From positions 6,154 through 70,153 of the IMG/VR virus record IMGVR_UViG_3300023174_000155: a stretch of 64,000 nucleotides of DNA; one strand, given 5' to 3'. This DNA is from a virus. Made by a program: the position numbers and the translations under genes. The notes beneath the pieces are model-generated. The model saw only the letters and a program-made list of their open reading frames with translations, did no database searches and was not told the origin of the DNA. Of this stretch, positions 29,861 through 39,343 are shown one piece after another; positions within the stretch are counted from its first letter, which is position 1; every line of letters starts with the position of its first letter.

Positions 29861-30150
29861 TCGTCCATCTTAATCCCACCGCATACTTCAAGGATGCGAT
29901 TGATTGTGGGTACGTCTAGTGCATCTTCTAATGCATCTCTATCTGCTACCAATTCTGGTAACTGCTTTTCTAGTGCAACTGCACATGCGTCAATAAGGAT
30001 ATCTAATGTTTCATCTTCTGACTTTGTATCTGCGGTCTTGCTAATCGCAGTCATAAATTTTCTTAACTCTTTAATTGTAAGAGGCTTTAATTTTACCTTA
30101 GCCCCATTTTGTAATTCAATTTCTTCTACGTCGTAGATTTTAGTAGCCAA
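29818..30150 (-). CDS. tail assembly chaperone (gpG-like)
   Basis: between major tail and TMP; AGGAGG RBS, TTG start. Confidence 0.85.
   Translation of the reverse strand: MATKIYDVEEIELQNGAKVKLKPLTIKELRKFMTAISKTADTKSEDETLDILIDACAVALEKQLPELVADRDALEDALDVPTINRILEVCGGIKMDDPNLLAAAVLAGQN
29854..29860 (-). other. programmed -1 frameshift heptamer C CCA AAC
   Basis: X XXY YYZ in correct phase; -1 frame joins the 29489-29740 ORF. Confidence 0.85.
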
Positions 30151-30176
30151 TTTATCCTCCTAGGATTGTCTTAATT

Positions 30177-30205
30177 ATTATAACAAAACACGCTTACTAA
30201 TACAA
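30177..30205 (-). promoter_or_regulatory. promoter TTGTAT-17-TATAAT (TG extended)
   Basis: just downstream of the major tail terminator, upstream of chaperone/TMP genes. Confidence 0.7.
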
Positions 30206-30210
30206 GCAGA

Positions 30211-30234
30211 AAACCCCCAAATTAATGGGGGTTT
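30211..30234 (-). terminator. terminator after major tail gene
   Basis: AAACCCCCA-loop-TGGGGGTTT 9-bp stem; a second AT-rich hairpin at 30241-30258. Confidence 0.75.
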
Positions 30235-30259
30235 CCGACAATCTAAATAAATTTAGATA

Positions 30260-30967
30260 TTATGAGTAAACTCGATCAATAATTTTTCCGTACTCTGAAC
30301 CAGCGTATGCTGACTCTGGTAGTAGACGGAATGTTACTGGGAATGTTGTTGGAGTGTTACGTGCCAACGAGAATTGTGACTGCTGTACAGAAAGAACACG
30401 ACGTGCATAATATACACGCTCATTCTTTGTGTAAGATGCCACTGAATAATCTGGAGCTGGTCCAACTGCACAGAGCTGACGCTCTACTGGTGCTGAAAGA
30501 AGTGCTCCTGCTGCAAGACCCAATTGCTTAGGTGTTGAAGATGTTGGATCTGCAGATGTTAATGTCTGATCTGCTGTAACTGTTGTTACTGATCCACCTG
30601 AAATTGTTCCTGGCTGCCCAAAAACTGCAAGTACGTTCTCAAGAACGCCTTCTGCCATTTCTGTTGCAATCATAACTTCCATAGACTCCTTGAATAGCTT
30701 TGCGCTATCAAGAAGCTGATCTACTGTTACATTTCCATAAGTTGGGTTGTATGTAATCTGAAGACCATTGTTTGTGTATCCAACATTCTTCCACTTAGCT
30801 GTTGCTGCATCTAATGTTGTAGTATAAGATGCTGATGAAGAAAATGCTTCCTTATTTGAACCCGCTGTTGGGTCTAATGAAGAATCTCCTGTTGTAGCAA
30901 CGCTAAGGAATAATGGTGATGCACCAACGATAATATTCTTTGCGTTATTTGGCGCTGAAATTGCCAT
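30260..30967 (-). CDS. major tail protein
   Basis: NIIVGA, W..VGYT..G, VDQL.D, PVTFRLLP; strong AGGAGG RBS; position. Confidence 0.85.
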   Translation of the reverse strand: MAISAPNNAKNIIVGASPLFLSVATTGDSSLDPTAGSNKEAFSSSASYTTTLDAATAKWKNVGYTNNGLQITYNPTYGNVTVDQLLDSAKLFKESMEVMIATEMAEGVLENVLAVFGQPGTISGGSVTTVTADQTLTSADPTSSTPKQLGLAAGALLSAPVERQLCAVGPAPDYSVASYTKNERVYYARRVLSVQQSQFSLARNTPTTFPVTFRLLPESAYAGSEYGKIIDRVYS

Positions 30968-31044
30968 ATGTTTTACCTCCTGTTATTTCAAAATCATAAA
31001 TAAATCTATCAAAAGCTGGCTAGGCTGTCTTTCCTCTTAGTACA

Positions 31045-31073
31045 ATAATAGGCCTTTTTTAGTAAAAAGGCAA
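31045..31073 (-). promoter_or_regulatory. promoter TTGCCT-17-TATTAT with palindromic spacer
   Basis: TTTGCCTTTTTA shared with the 37286-37314 promoter. Confidence 0.6.
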
Positions 31074-31074
31074 A

Positions 31075-31584
31075 CTAAATGAATCTGCCGTTTGCCCCAG
31101 ACAATCTTGAATATTTAATTTCTAAAACAATGTCTGCTGATAGAAAACCTTCCATTTCTTGGGATGGCTCTGTTGGGGATATGTCGGCTATGAAGATACT
31201 ATAGAATTGAAATTTATCCGATAAATCTACCCAATTGTTTACATCTCTGGCTGACTCATCTACTCTTCTAAATTCATCTGTCATAAAGTTTCTAATCTCA
31301 TTTATCTCAGAGACATCTGTTGAATAGATGGTAAATAGGATTTGCTCACAGCATATAGCCCATAAGTCCTCATATGACATTCCTATCTTGTCATATACAA
31401 TATGCTTCTTGCCACTTAAAAATTGATTTAATTCCGCTACTTGTTGGACGGGAATAATAGGAACTGTAATATCGCCTATATTCTCACTATAGTAATCATC
31501 TTCATTAAATATATCTGTATCTTTTAACCGCTTCCAAATATACTTACGTAATTCCAGCATTGCGTCTAATTTATAATTAACCAT
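31075..31584 (-). CDS. tail terminator-like protein
   Basis: position before major tail; PIIPVQQ, I.YD motifs. Confidence 0.65.
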   Translation of the reverse strand: MVNYKLDAMLELRKYIWKRLKDTDIFNEDDYYSENIGDITVPIIPVQQVAELNQFLSGKKHIVYDKIGMSYEDLWAICCEQILFTIYSTDVSEINEIRNFMTDEFRRVDESARDVNNWVDLSDKFQFYSIFIADISPTEPSQEMEGFLSADIVLEIKYSRLSGANGRFI

Positions 31585-32363
31585 TATGCACCTCCAAATG
31601 CTGAAGTTAAAGCAAAGTTTGCCTGTGATCTCACAGTATTAGCAGAGAATGAATATTTAACTCTTTTAATGTCGATGGGAATACTTAGTGCTTTACTAAT
31701 TGAACTATTAAACATCTTTTGGAATCCCGATTTTTTAATTGATAGGTTAACTAAATTGCCTGTAAAGAAATGTTTGTATGCTATCTTAAAGGTGTCTTTT
31801 ACTCTTATCCCCCCAGGCTTTGTAACGGTCACTGCAGCCCCTTTGGGCATAAATACGGTAGAACCATCAACCTCAAAAACAAGTCGCTCTGCGGACCTTG
31901 GGCGGATTACTACGGGTATACCAGATTCCATGACTGCTGCTTTATTTGCAAATACATGTCTGTGCTTTCCCTTGCCTGTTGGAACCAATGATTTAGATAA
32001 TTTAAAATTATATCCTAGTCTAAATGACAATCCATCTTGTGATAACTTATTTATTTCAAATAATCTTGCCTCTGAGTTTCCAGTTTTTTTCCATTCATAG
32101 ACATGATGAAATGCTATCGGTGCAGTTCTTGCCTTGGCATCTATATAGGCACCAAAATCTTCATTAATTTGATTAAATATCATTGTATTAAATTTACTTT
32201 GAAAGTTTTTATTAGAAGTAAGCTTTGCCATAACATGAGCCTGATAATATACGGTAGCAGAAATTTGGGCAACAGTTGAATCTTTTAGTATAGATGTATT
32301 TAATCCAGTCATTAATGATTCTAATCCACTGGCTACAGATACTAATGCTGTACTAGATTCCAA
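31584..32363 (-). CDS. neck/tail completion protein
   Basis: HHVYEW, F.NKA.VME.G motifs; position. Confidence 0.6.
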   Translation of the reverse strand: MESSTALVSVASGLESLMTGLNTSILKDSTVAQISATVYYQAHVMAKLTSNKNFQSKFNTMIFNQINEDFGAYIDAKARTAPIAFHHVYEWKKTGNSEARLFEINKLSQDGLSFRLGYNFKLSKSLVPTGKGKHRHVFANKAAVMESGIPVVIRPRSAERLVFEVDGSTVFMPKGAAVTVTKPGGIRVKDTFKIAYKHFFTGNLVNLSIKKSGFQKMFNSSISKALSIPIDIKRVKYSFSANTVRSQANFALTSAFGGA

Positions 32364-32778
32364 TTACCTGATTCTCCGATCTTTTAGCTGTGGTGCTATG
32401 TGCAATAACTGTTCCAAATGGATCAAGTATTGGTGTGACACCAATAACCTCAAATACGGTTGGAGACTCTGAAGGATAATTTAATTCTTTCCAGATATAG
32501 TTATTATTCTTGTCTCTAATTGCTGTAATCTTATGTCTGATATTTAACTTTTCTACAGTTCTAATTTGTATCATTTGTTCATTAGTATACTTATTAGTCA
32601 TAACTTGTCTGTCCCCGCCTCTTGATGTTGCAGAGTTGCTGATTATTCCCTTAGCACTACAATTTAATGTAGTTCTATATTGAAATTCTTTTATCATGGC
32701 ACCAGTATCTGGATCTTGTGTGTCTGCTTGTACGTAAACATCCAGCAGCATTGGCAATACTGATGTTGCAATATCCAT
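32353..32778 (-). CDS. head-to-tail stopper
   Basis: beta-rich 141 aa; QDPDTG, FEV.G..P..DPFG; position after adaptor. Confidence 0.65.
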   Translation of the reverse strand: MDIATSVLPMLLDVYVQADTQDPDTGAMIKEFQYRTTLNCSAKGIISNSATSRGGDRQVMTNKYTNEQMIQIRTVEKLNIRHKITAIRDKNNNYIWKELNYPSESPTVFEVIGVTPILDPFGTVIAHSTTAKRSENQVIGI

Positions 32779-32779
32779 T

Positions 32780-33766
32780 TTAGAATGCTACCATTCCATT
32801 AATTACATATGGTGTTAATAGCTGATCTGCGTAAAGATTTCCAGTTCCTCTGTGTGCATCTTCCATGTAGTCAAATTTCCAGTCAAATGTACTTATACTC
32901 TTTACATACTTGTTTCTCCAAGCAGTATCTTTTTCAAAGAACTGCTGAATTAAAATAATACATGCTTCTTCTACGTTGTCTGGTACCGATGACCAACCAA
33001 AGCGTCCTGAAACAGAATATCTAAAATCTTTTTTAAATGCTCCTGCAAATCCTCTATCATTAATTGACGGTGGGATTAAACCATTAGCTGTGTAAGTTAC
33101 ATTGTCCATCAGGTCTTGTCTATTTACTCTAATGCCAAAATTAGATTCAGATATAATTGGATCATACACCCAGTTGCTAACATTATTAATATTATCTACT
33201 AAAAGAACATCATTCTCATACACTTCATGTATTTCATATATTCTAAATGGAAGAGGCAAGATATCGGATCCATGACCATAAAGAATTTGAGTATCATCAT
33301 ATAAATAGAAGAACTGTGCAGTAAATGATTCAATCAATTTACGTGCATACTTTTCTGCCATTTGTAATTCATGATATGTTTTATAGTTTGGATCACTAAC
33401 ATCTGTACCTATATTTAAATCTTCAATAACTTCAGCTAAGTTTGCATATGGAGTTACAACATCTGTATATGTAGTATGTGACCCAGCAGAACCAGAAACT
33501 GTATAAGACCAAACAATCTTAAACTTTCTATTCCTGCGACAGAATGATATTGGCAAAACAATTTGATATGTTCCCGCATCTGATTCTAATTTTGTTGCAG
33601 TTATTGTTGTTTGTACTGTTCCTGGTGGGACGGTTGGATTAATTGTTGCATCTTCTGTAATATCATATAAAGTTGCAACTACGCTTCCATCGGCATCGAC
33701 AATTTCTCCGCCCCAAAAGATTTTTGTCTTAATTGGTGAAGTTTGATCAATATATATCTCTGCCAT
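32780..33766 (-). CDS. head-to-tail adaptor with N-terminal Ig-like domain
   Basis: PY..L.E, AR..IE..T.Q.F, G.FGW..VP..V..A, TGN...D.LL..Y. Confidence 0.75.
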   Translation of the reverse strand: MAEIYIDQTSPIKTKIFWGGEIVDADGSVVATLYDITEDATINPTVPPGTVQTTITATKLESDAGTYQIVLPISFCRRNRKFKIVWSYTVSGSAGSHTTYTDVVTPYANLAEVIEDLNIGTDVSDPNYKTYHELQMAEKYARKLIESFTAQFFYLYDDTQILYGHGSDILPLPFRIYEIHEVYENDVLLVDNINNVSNWVYDPIISESNFGIRVNRQDLMDNVTYTANGLIPPSINDRGFAGAFKKDFRYSVSGRFGWSSVPDNVEEACIILIQQFFEKDTAWRNKYVKSISTFDWKFDYMEDAHRGTGNLYADQLLTPYVINGMVAF

Positions 33767-33781
33767 TATTTACGTTTTAGA

Positions 33782-34177
33782 TTAGCTATAGAAGTCTTGT
33801 GCTTCCTTTGGTGTAGCTGGTCTAAAACCCTCCTCTTTATCAAAGATCGCTTGTGCTTTGTCTGATGACATTGCTACAAATGGGTGCTCTTTGGTGAATG
33901 TGTGTCCCATAATATCATAACGGAAATTAGGTCTAGTCATTCTAACAAGAACCATGTCTTCTGTCAGTTTTTGATTTTTGTCAAATCTAGGGGCGACTTC
34001 TGTTTCTTCCGCCTCTTCCTCAATCTTCTTAATTGTTTGTTCATATACTGCCCAGGTTACGCCTTCTTCTGATAGGGCTGCAATAATATCGTTTTTATTT
34101 TTTAGGCTAGTTGTTTCAACTGCAAAGTCCTCTGCAATTTTCTTTAGTTCTGCTACCTTTAGGGTGTCAAATGACAT
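33782..34177 (-). CDS. hypothetical protein with Rho-N/HeH-like N-terminus
   Basis: LKVAELKKIA......KNDIIAAL; F.KEHPF, FR.ATP.E; TGCTATAAT promoter and AAGGAG upstream. Confidence 0.65.
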   Translation of the reverse strand: MSFDTLKVAELKKIAEDFAVETTSLKNKNDIIAALSEEGVTWAVYEQTIKKIEEEAEETEVAPRFDKNQKLTEDMVLVRMTRPNFRYDIMGHTFTKEHPFVAMSSDKAQAIFDKEEGFRPATPKEAQDFYS

Positions 34178-34224
34178 CTTATATTCTCCTTTTTCTAGGT
34201 CAATTAATTATAGCATTAGAGCCA

Positions 34225-34827
34225 TTATTTGGAAAGAGTTTTAATTGGAATTTTTATAGCATCTTCTATATGCCAGCCAAGTTGCTCAACACGCTGCCAT
34301 AACATCTTATACGAAGGCTTGCAGCGTTCATCTTTAGACCATTGAAATAGGGTTTTAGACTCTCCAAAGGCTTTATAAAACTTAGAGTCTTTTTTAGGCT
34401 TATACTGCCTACCGCCTTCTCCAGATTTAATAGAAATAGCATCTTCAGAATGCCAGCCTAATCTAAGTCTTCTTTGTAGTGTAGAGTACTCAACCTTGCA
34501 TCTTTTATCATCAATCCACTCGCTTAAAGTTTTAGTTTCACCAAAGGCAGTTAGGTATGTGTTATTTGATTTATTGTTATTATTCTGTTTTCTTGTTACA
34601 AACCTACAATTCGAAGGACTATAGTCTCCGTCATTATCTATTCTATCAAGAAACAAATCTGACTGAATACCATTATCTATACACCAACTATAAAATTTAT
34701 TAAAGTCATGCCAGTCCTTGCAAACCTTGATTCCCCTTACACCATAATCTACGTAACTTAGATTTTCTGGATCTTCGCACCTAGATAACATTTTAACCCA
34801 ACGTGATCTTAATTCATGCTTTTTCAC
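34225..34827 (-). mobile_element. free-standing HNH-like homing endonuclease
   Basis: W..M..RC, YG.RGIKVC..W, LDRIDNDGDY.P.NCR; two tandem AFGE.KTL..W..D.RC...GW..EDA DNA-binding repeats; GTG start with AGGAG. Confidence 0.8.
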
Positions 34828-34844
34828 AGTTTCTCCTAAAATGA

Positions 34845-34878
34845 ATAATGGGCCTAGTTTCCTAGACCCATTATATCA
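34845..34878 (-). terminator. hairpin after capsid gene containing a TGATATAAT -10 element
   Basis: AUAAUGGGUCUAG-GAAA-CUAGGCCCAUUAU 13-bp stem (one G-U); -10 at 34870-34878. Confidence 0.7.
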
Positions 34879-34897
34879 TAAAGCCGATTGCTATGTA

Positions 34898-35947
34898 TTA
34901 GCTAGCGACTTTTACATTTTTTACTACCACCCAAGCATCAGCTTGTTCGATCTGGACGCCAACACGAGTATACATTGTGTACTCAATTGAGTCCTTGCGT
35001 GGCCAGAAGAAACGGTAAACAGTTACATCACGCTTAATTCCAACAACAACGTTGTTAGGGAATGTCAAGTGGATATCACCGTGTGAGCCTGATGTTCCTG
35101 AATAGTCACCAGTCTGTGTTTCTGGAAGAAGTGGAACTTCAACAATTGGAATACCAAATGCGTAAGGTGCTACGTAACCTGCTGGTCCTGAGACTGGCTG
35201 TACATCACCACGGATGATGCTTGAAGCAATATCCTGTGGAATTGTCTGGTTAGTACCAATGCTGTTTGCATATAGGAAATCTTGGATCAAGTTTGATCCA
35301 ACTAAGAAACGAAGATCAGCACGACGCTGCTTGTACTTACGTGGCAAAGCCTTTAGTGCAGAGTTAAATGATGCACGAGTAACCGCTGCTCCACCGTTAT
35401 CTACAACACGTCCATATGTCTTAGCCTTCTTAACTACACCGTTAAATGCCTTATATAGTGCATCTCCTGTAAGAGATGTATCACCATTTAGAAGAACATC
35501 TTCAATGTCATTTCCTGCTTGTGTTGCCATCATTCTGGCAATATGATCTTCTAGATCTGGACCTTCAATGTTGTCTTCTAGAGACTCTGTTGAAAGTTCC
35601 CAATCCAAACGAAGCTTCTTTGTTGTCAAAGAAATCTTTGAGAAAGAGACTGCTGAGTTGCCACCAGTTGTATCAGCTTCGGTTGCTAGAACCATAAGCT
35701 TTTCTCCTACTGACATGCGATCAATTTCTGTTGTATCTGCTTTCATTCTTACTGTACGGGCGACTTTACCAATTACGGTTGCGTCGAACATATAGTCAAG
35801 GAAGCGAGCCGACTGCTCTGGGTTAAGGAGTCCACCTTCACCCTCAGAGCCGATGTGTACTCCGCTAGTAGCTACTGCGGAACCTGTCATGTTAGCTGTA
35901 ACGTGTGTGTTAGATGCTACTGACTTTTCTAATAATTCATTGCTCAT
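34898..35947 (-). CDS. major capsid protein (HK97 fold)
   Basis: GGLLNPEQ..RF, L...K.RL.WE.S.E.LEDNIEG, D.E...LNGD; follows protease/scaffold. Confidence 0.92.
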   Translation of the reverse strand: MSNELLEKSVASNTHVTANMTGSAVATSGVHIGSEGEGGLLNPEQSARFLDYMFDATVIGKVARTVRMKADTTEIDRMSVGEKLMVLATEADTTGGNSAVSFSKISLTTKKLRLDWELSTESLEDNIEGPDLEDHIARMMATQAGNDIEDVLLNGDTSLTGDALYKAFNGVVKKAKTYGRVVDNGGAAVTRASFNSALKALPRKYKQRRADLRFLVGSNLIQDFLYANSIGTNQTIPQDIASSIIRGDVQPVSGPAGYVAPYAFGIPIVEVPLLPETQTGDYSGTSGSHGDIHLTFPNNVVVGIKRDVTVYRFFWPRKDSIEYTMYTRVGVQIEQADAWVVVKNVKVAS

Positions 35948-35967
35948 ATATTTTCACCTACCTTTGT

Positions 35968-37278
35968 TTATCTAATTAATTCGTTTACGGAACCGAGGAA
36001 AGAACCGTTCCATTTTGATTTCTTTATTGTACTTACTTCCTGAGACCCGCCAAGGTCTGAGGACTTCTTAATTGCAGTCTCACCTTCTACTGCATCGACA
36101 CGCTTTTGTACGCCATCAATCGTGTTTCTGATATCTTCAACAGCCTTTGAAAGGACTGCGTGTTGTTCTGCTAACTCTGTGATTCGGCCATCAATGCTCT
36201 TGCTGAAAGTTTCAACTGTTTCTGTAACAGTCTTAACCTGCGCTGCATTTGCATCTGTAGCCTTGCTTAGAGTTTCTGAGAAAAAGCCTTTAAGATCGCC
36301 CAACATCTTTGCAAAATCAGGTTCATCAACCTCAACTTCTGATACGTCGGCTGCTTTTTCCAGAGTTTCAGCAGAAGCGTCTGCTACTGCATCTTCTGCA
36401 GGAGCTTCTTCAGCAGCTGGTGTTTCTTCAACAACAGGTGCTTCTTCAACAACAGTCTCTTCAACTGTAGTATTTTCTGTATTTTCTGACACTTCATTAC
36501 CTCCTTCTGCGTTTGCCTGTTTTGCAATTGTTTGTGTTTCAGGCAACGTGGATCTTGACTTGTATAAATCAAGAATTCTATCTATCTCTTTTGACTTGTT
36601 TACATCTGATGATTCTACCCAACCGATTAAAGTTGCTGGCTTACCAGAAATTGGTGAATCTAATGTCTTGTCTGTTGATACAAAAACAGAGTTACTTTCT
36701 TCGCAATAGAAAATATTTTCTGTAATTACATCAGCCGCCATACCTTTAAATATCATCTGTCCATTCATCTTTTCAATTGATAAGATATTGCACAGTTCAT
36801 TTGCTGGTGAATCTACAATTGAAAGTTCAACTAGCTCATAGTCTTTAATGAAACGAACTGTCTCACCATTTGATTTGTTAACTTCATTATCTGACTCTAG
36901 AATTTTTCCGCCGATTGAAAATCCTGCTAGGGTGCCATCTAGAACTTTTTCCCATGTATCCTGTGCGCCTTTTGAAATATAAGATGTAACATAGACACCG
37001 TTATAAAAAGCTTTTGAAATTGGGTCATAAAAAGTTTCTGGCTTAAATGATACAACCTTGCCAACTGCAAGTGGTTGATGCATTTCTCTTAGATTCCCAC
37101 GGAATCTTTCAAATGCCTTCATGCTGGCTTCTGCTGTAACTACATCTCCTGTTTGATCAACATTATCTAATGTTGCAAAACCTGAAACAGTTCTCTTTTC
37201 ACGATTTACTTTTGTGAATGGTACTGATAGATGGAGGTTATTTCCATTTGAAGACCAGTTAGATTTTTCAATGTTCAT
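35968..37278 (-). CDS. prohead maturation protease fused to acidic scaffold (start corrected to MNIEK)
   Basis: V.G.A...D..GD, REMH, GFSIGG, ELS.VD.PAN; E/A-rich linker and coiled coil. Confidence 0.9.
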   Translation of the reverse strand: MNIEKSNWSSNGNNLHLSVPFTKVNREKRTVSGFATLDNVDQTGDVVTAEASMKAFERFRGNLREMHQPLAVGKVVSFKPETFYDPISKAFYNGVYVTSYISKGAQDTWEKVLDGTLAGFSIGGKILESDNEVNKSNGETVRFIKDYELVELSIVDSPANELCNILSIEKMNGQMIFKGMAADVITENIFYCEESNSVFVSTDKTLDSPISGKPATLIGWVESSDVNKSKEIDRILDLYKSRSTLPETQTIAKQANAEGGNEVSENTENTTVEETVVEEAPVVEETPAAEEAPAEDAVADASAETLEKAADVSEVEVDEPDFAKMLGDLKGFFSETLSKATDANAAQVKTVTETVETFSKSIDGRITELAEQHAVLSKAVEDIRNTIDGVQKRVDAVEGETAIKKSSDLGGSQEVSTIKKSKWNGSFLGSVNELIR

Positions 37279-37285
37279 ATGCTTA

Positions 37286-37314
37286 ATTTTATCTATTTGT
37301 AGATAAAAAGGCAA
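37286..37314 (-). promoter_or_regulatory. promoter TTGCCT-17-TAAAAT, leaderless, palindromic spacer
   Basis: -10 ends 7 nt before ATG 37278; TTTTATCTA-CAAA-TAGATAAAA inverted repeat. Confidence 0.65.
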
Positions 37315-37331
37315 ATAGTGGTTGAGTAAAG

Positions 37332-38915
37332 TTATTCAACCTGTCTGCCGTCGCCTTGAGCATTTCTTCCTTCACCTGAAATATCTGGTGAATTACCCTG
37401 TCTCTGTTGATCTCTGACACGGGTATTATTTGCCTGTGCTCTAATTTCAGCCTGCTGTTGTGGCTTTAATTGAACCATATCATCTCCTCCGTCCAAAGGA
37501 ATCATACCCTTTCTAATTCGGACTTCATTTGGAGTAATTACCTGCATTCTTAAATATCTTTCATCAATCTTAGATTGAGTATCCTCATCTGTAAGAGTCA
37601 ATTCATTGAATTTAAGTGAAAGAGCATCTGTCTTTTCTTCAATAATTTTATTAATCTTCTTTTCTAATGTCATTTGTGCTGGACGACAAACCTGCTCTTT
37701 AAATGTCTTATCAGCATCTCTTGCTACAGCTAAATTTACACCTTCTGGTGTTCCAATTTTATTAATTGGGACACGGTGAGCCAAAAGAATTTCATCTCTA
37801 TTTGCCTTGCGATAAAGATTAAATGAAGATTCTTGTGTACCAGCTTCAATTGGCTCCATCTTAAATTCAACCTTTTGGTCTGGGCTATCTGCTGGAAGCG
37901 GGATATATAGGGATCTGTGATTTTTTCCTCTTAAGCCTACCTGGAAAAATTCAAGCAATTTTCTTTCTGATTCTGGGGATAGCTTTGCTCCCTTTACTGT
38001 AATAATATATCTTGGGACAGCCTTATTTTCAAAGTAGTCTAGGTTATATTTACCAGCAAATTCATTTCCAGCCAACGCATTTTGTGCTGCAATAATATCT
38101 GGGATTCCATAATAATTATTTTGAGGAGTGTATTTCTTTAGGTGAATAACTTCGTTCGGTCTATCTTCTCCGCCTGCAATTGGGTTCTCTGTTTCAGTAT
38201 CTCCAAAGTTGCGGAAATAGACAGCCTTTCCATAAAGCAACTGAATAAATCCGTCACGCAAGCGACGGACACGCATTGTCTTTGAAGGTATATGCCCAAT
38301 GTATCCTATGTTACCTGAAGTTGTTCTGCTGATCTCAAGGTAGCCATTACCAGTTGCCTCTAAGTCTGTATATACTTTAATTAGTGTTTGTGTAAAAGTA
38401 TCTTCATCATTTGTTGAATCAAGCCATAGCTGAAGATCCTGCTTTAATTTATTAAGTTTTCTACGGGCTCTTTCTAGCTGCTTGTCATCTGTAATAGAAT
38501 CAAATGCATCATTTGTTTTTCTTGTTTCAGTAAAATCATATCCAAGTCCAACAATATTTGCTACCTTAGCATTAATTGCTGCATAATTGTAAGTTGAGAT
38601 TTCATAAATTCTTGAAAGGTATTCTTGATTATATGGTGGTTCGACAAGGTCGAACATTGCATATCCAGTAACCGCCTGCTGCAATAAATTCTGTTGTGTT
38701 CCAGTTCCTTCTGTACCTGAAAATGCCTTAGATAACTCTCTGCCCATCTTACGACGGAATGTAGAACTTAATCCAGATACCTTTCTTAATTCATCTTCTT
38801 GAATCGAAAAAGGATCTGAGTAATCTTTTTCTTTCTTTAATTGAAATAGATCAGATGCAGAAGAAATTTGAATTCTATCTGTTGACTCCGAATCGTTATC
38901 TTGAATAAACTCCAT
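37332..38915 (-). CDS. portal protein
   Basis: EPPY, D.E.TGN.YLE, NEVIH.K, YYG.P, F.N.A.P, I..AHRVP, TPNEVR. Confidence 0.93.
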   Translation of the reverse strand: MEFIQDNDSESTDRIQISSASDLFQLKKEKDYSDPFSIQEDELRKVSGLSSTFRRKMGRELSKAFSGTEGTGTQQNLLQQAVTGYAMFDLVEPPYNQEYLSRIYEISTYNYAAINAKVANIVGLGYDFTETRKTNDAFDSITDDKQLERARRKLNKLKQDLQLWLDSTNDEDTFTQTLIKVYTDLEATGNGYLEISRTTSGNIGYIGHIPSKTMRVRRLRDGFIQLLYGKAVYFRNFGDTETENPIAGGEDRPNEVIHLKKYTPQNNYYGIPDIIAAQNALAGNEFAGKYNLDYFENKAVPRYIITVKGAKLSPESERKLLEFFQVGLRGKNHRSLYIPLPADSPDQKVEFKMEPIEAGTQESSFNLYRKANRDEILLAHRVPINKIGTPEGVNLAVARDADKTFKEQVCRPAQMTLEKKINKIIEEKTDALSLKFNELTLTDEDTQSKIDERYLRMQVITPNEVRIRKGMIPLDGGDDMVQLKPQQQAEIRAQANNTRVRDQQRQGNSPDISGEGRNAQGDGRQVE

Positions 38916-38917
38916 AA

Positions 38918-39280
38918 TTATCTCCCTGGTCCACCTATTGCTGGATTCTTTTTATTGTAAGCCGCTAGCTCATCTTTGTAATTTCCAATATCAAATGGGT
39001 CAGGAACTAATCCTTGCTCAAGTCTTGCCTTCTGATATTCAAACTGTTCGTCATCAATCTTGCGCCTATTGGATAAAAATTTAGGCTGCCCAACATCAAT
39101 TCCAAAAGAAGAAACCTCTGCTGCTAAAGCCGCCATGTTTGCCTTATTACCTTTATGTGATGCTATTGATAAGTAATTACCCTCATCATCGCCAATCCAT
39201 CTTCCGTCTGGCATTTCCCACACATAGATTCCAAGGGTGGTTTCCTCAATTACTGTCTGACTGACCTTTTTAATCTCCAT
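38918..39280 (-). CDS. hypothetical protein upstream of portal
   Basis: G.YVW..PDG....D..GN.L; TGGTAAAAT 8 nt before ATG. Confidence 0.65.
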   Translation of the reverse strand: MEIKKVSQTVIEETTLGIYVWEMPDGRWIGDDEGNYLSIASHKGNKANMAALAAEVSSFGIDVGQPKFLSNRRKIDDEQFEYQKARLEQGLVPDPFDIGNYKDELAAYNKKNPAIGGPGR

Positions 39281-39343
39281 AGTATTTTATTTTACCATTC
39301 TTTGGTATCAAAGTCCAGCTTTTTGTCATGCTATGTGACAAAA

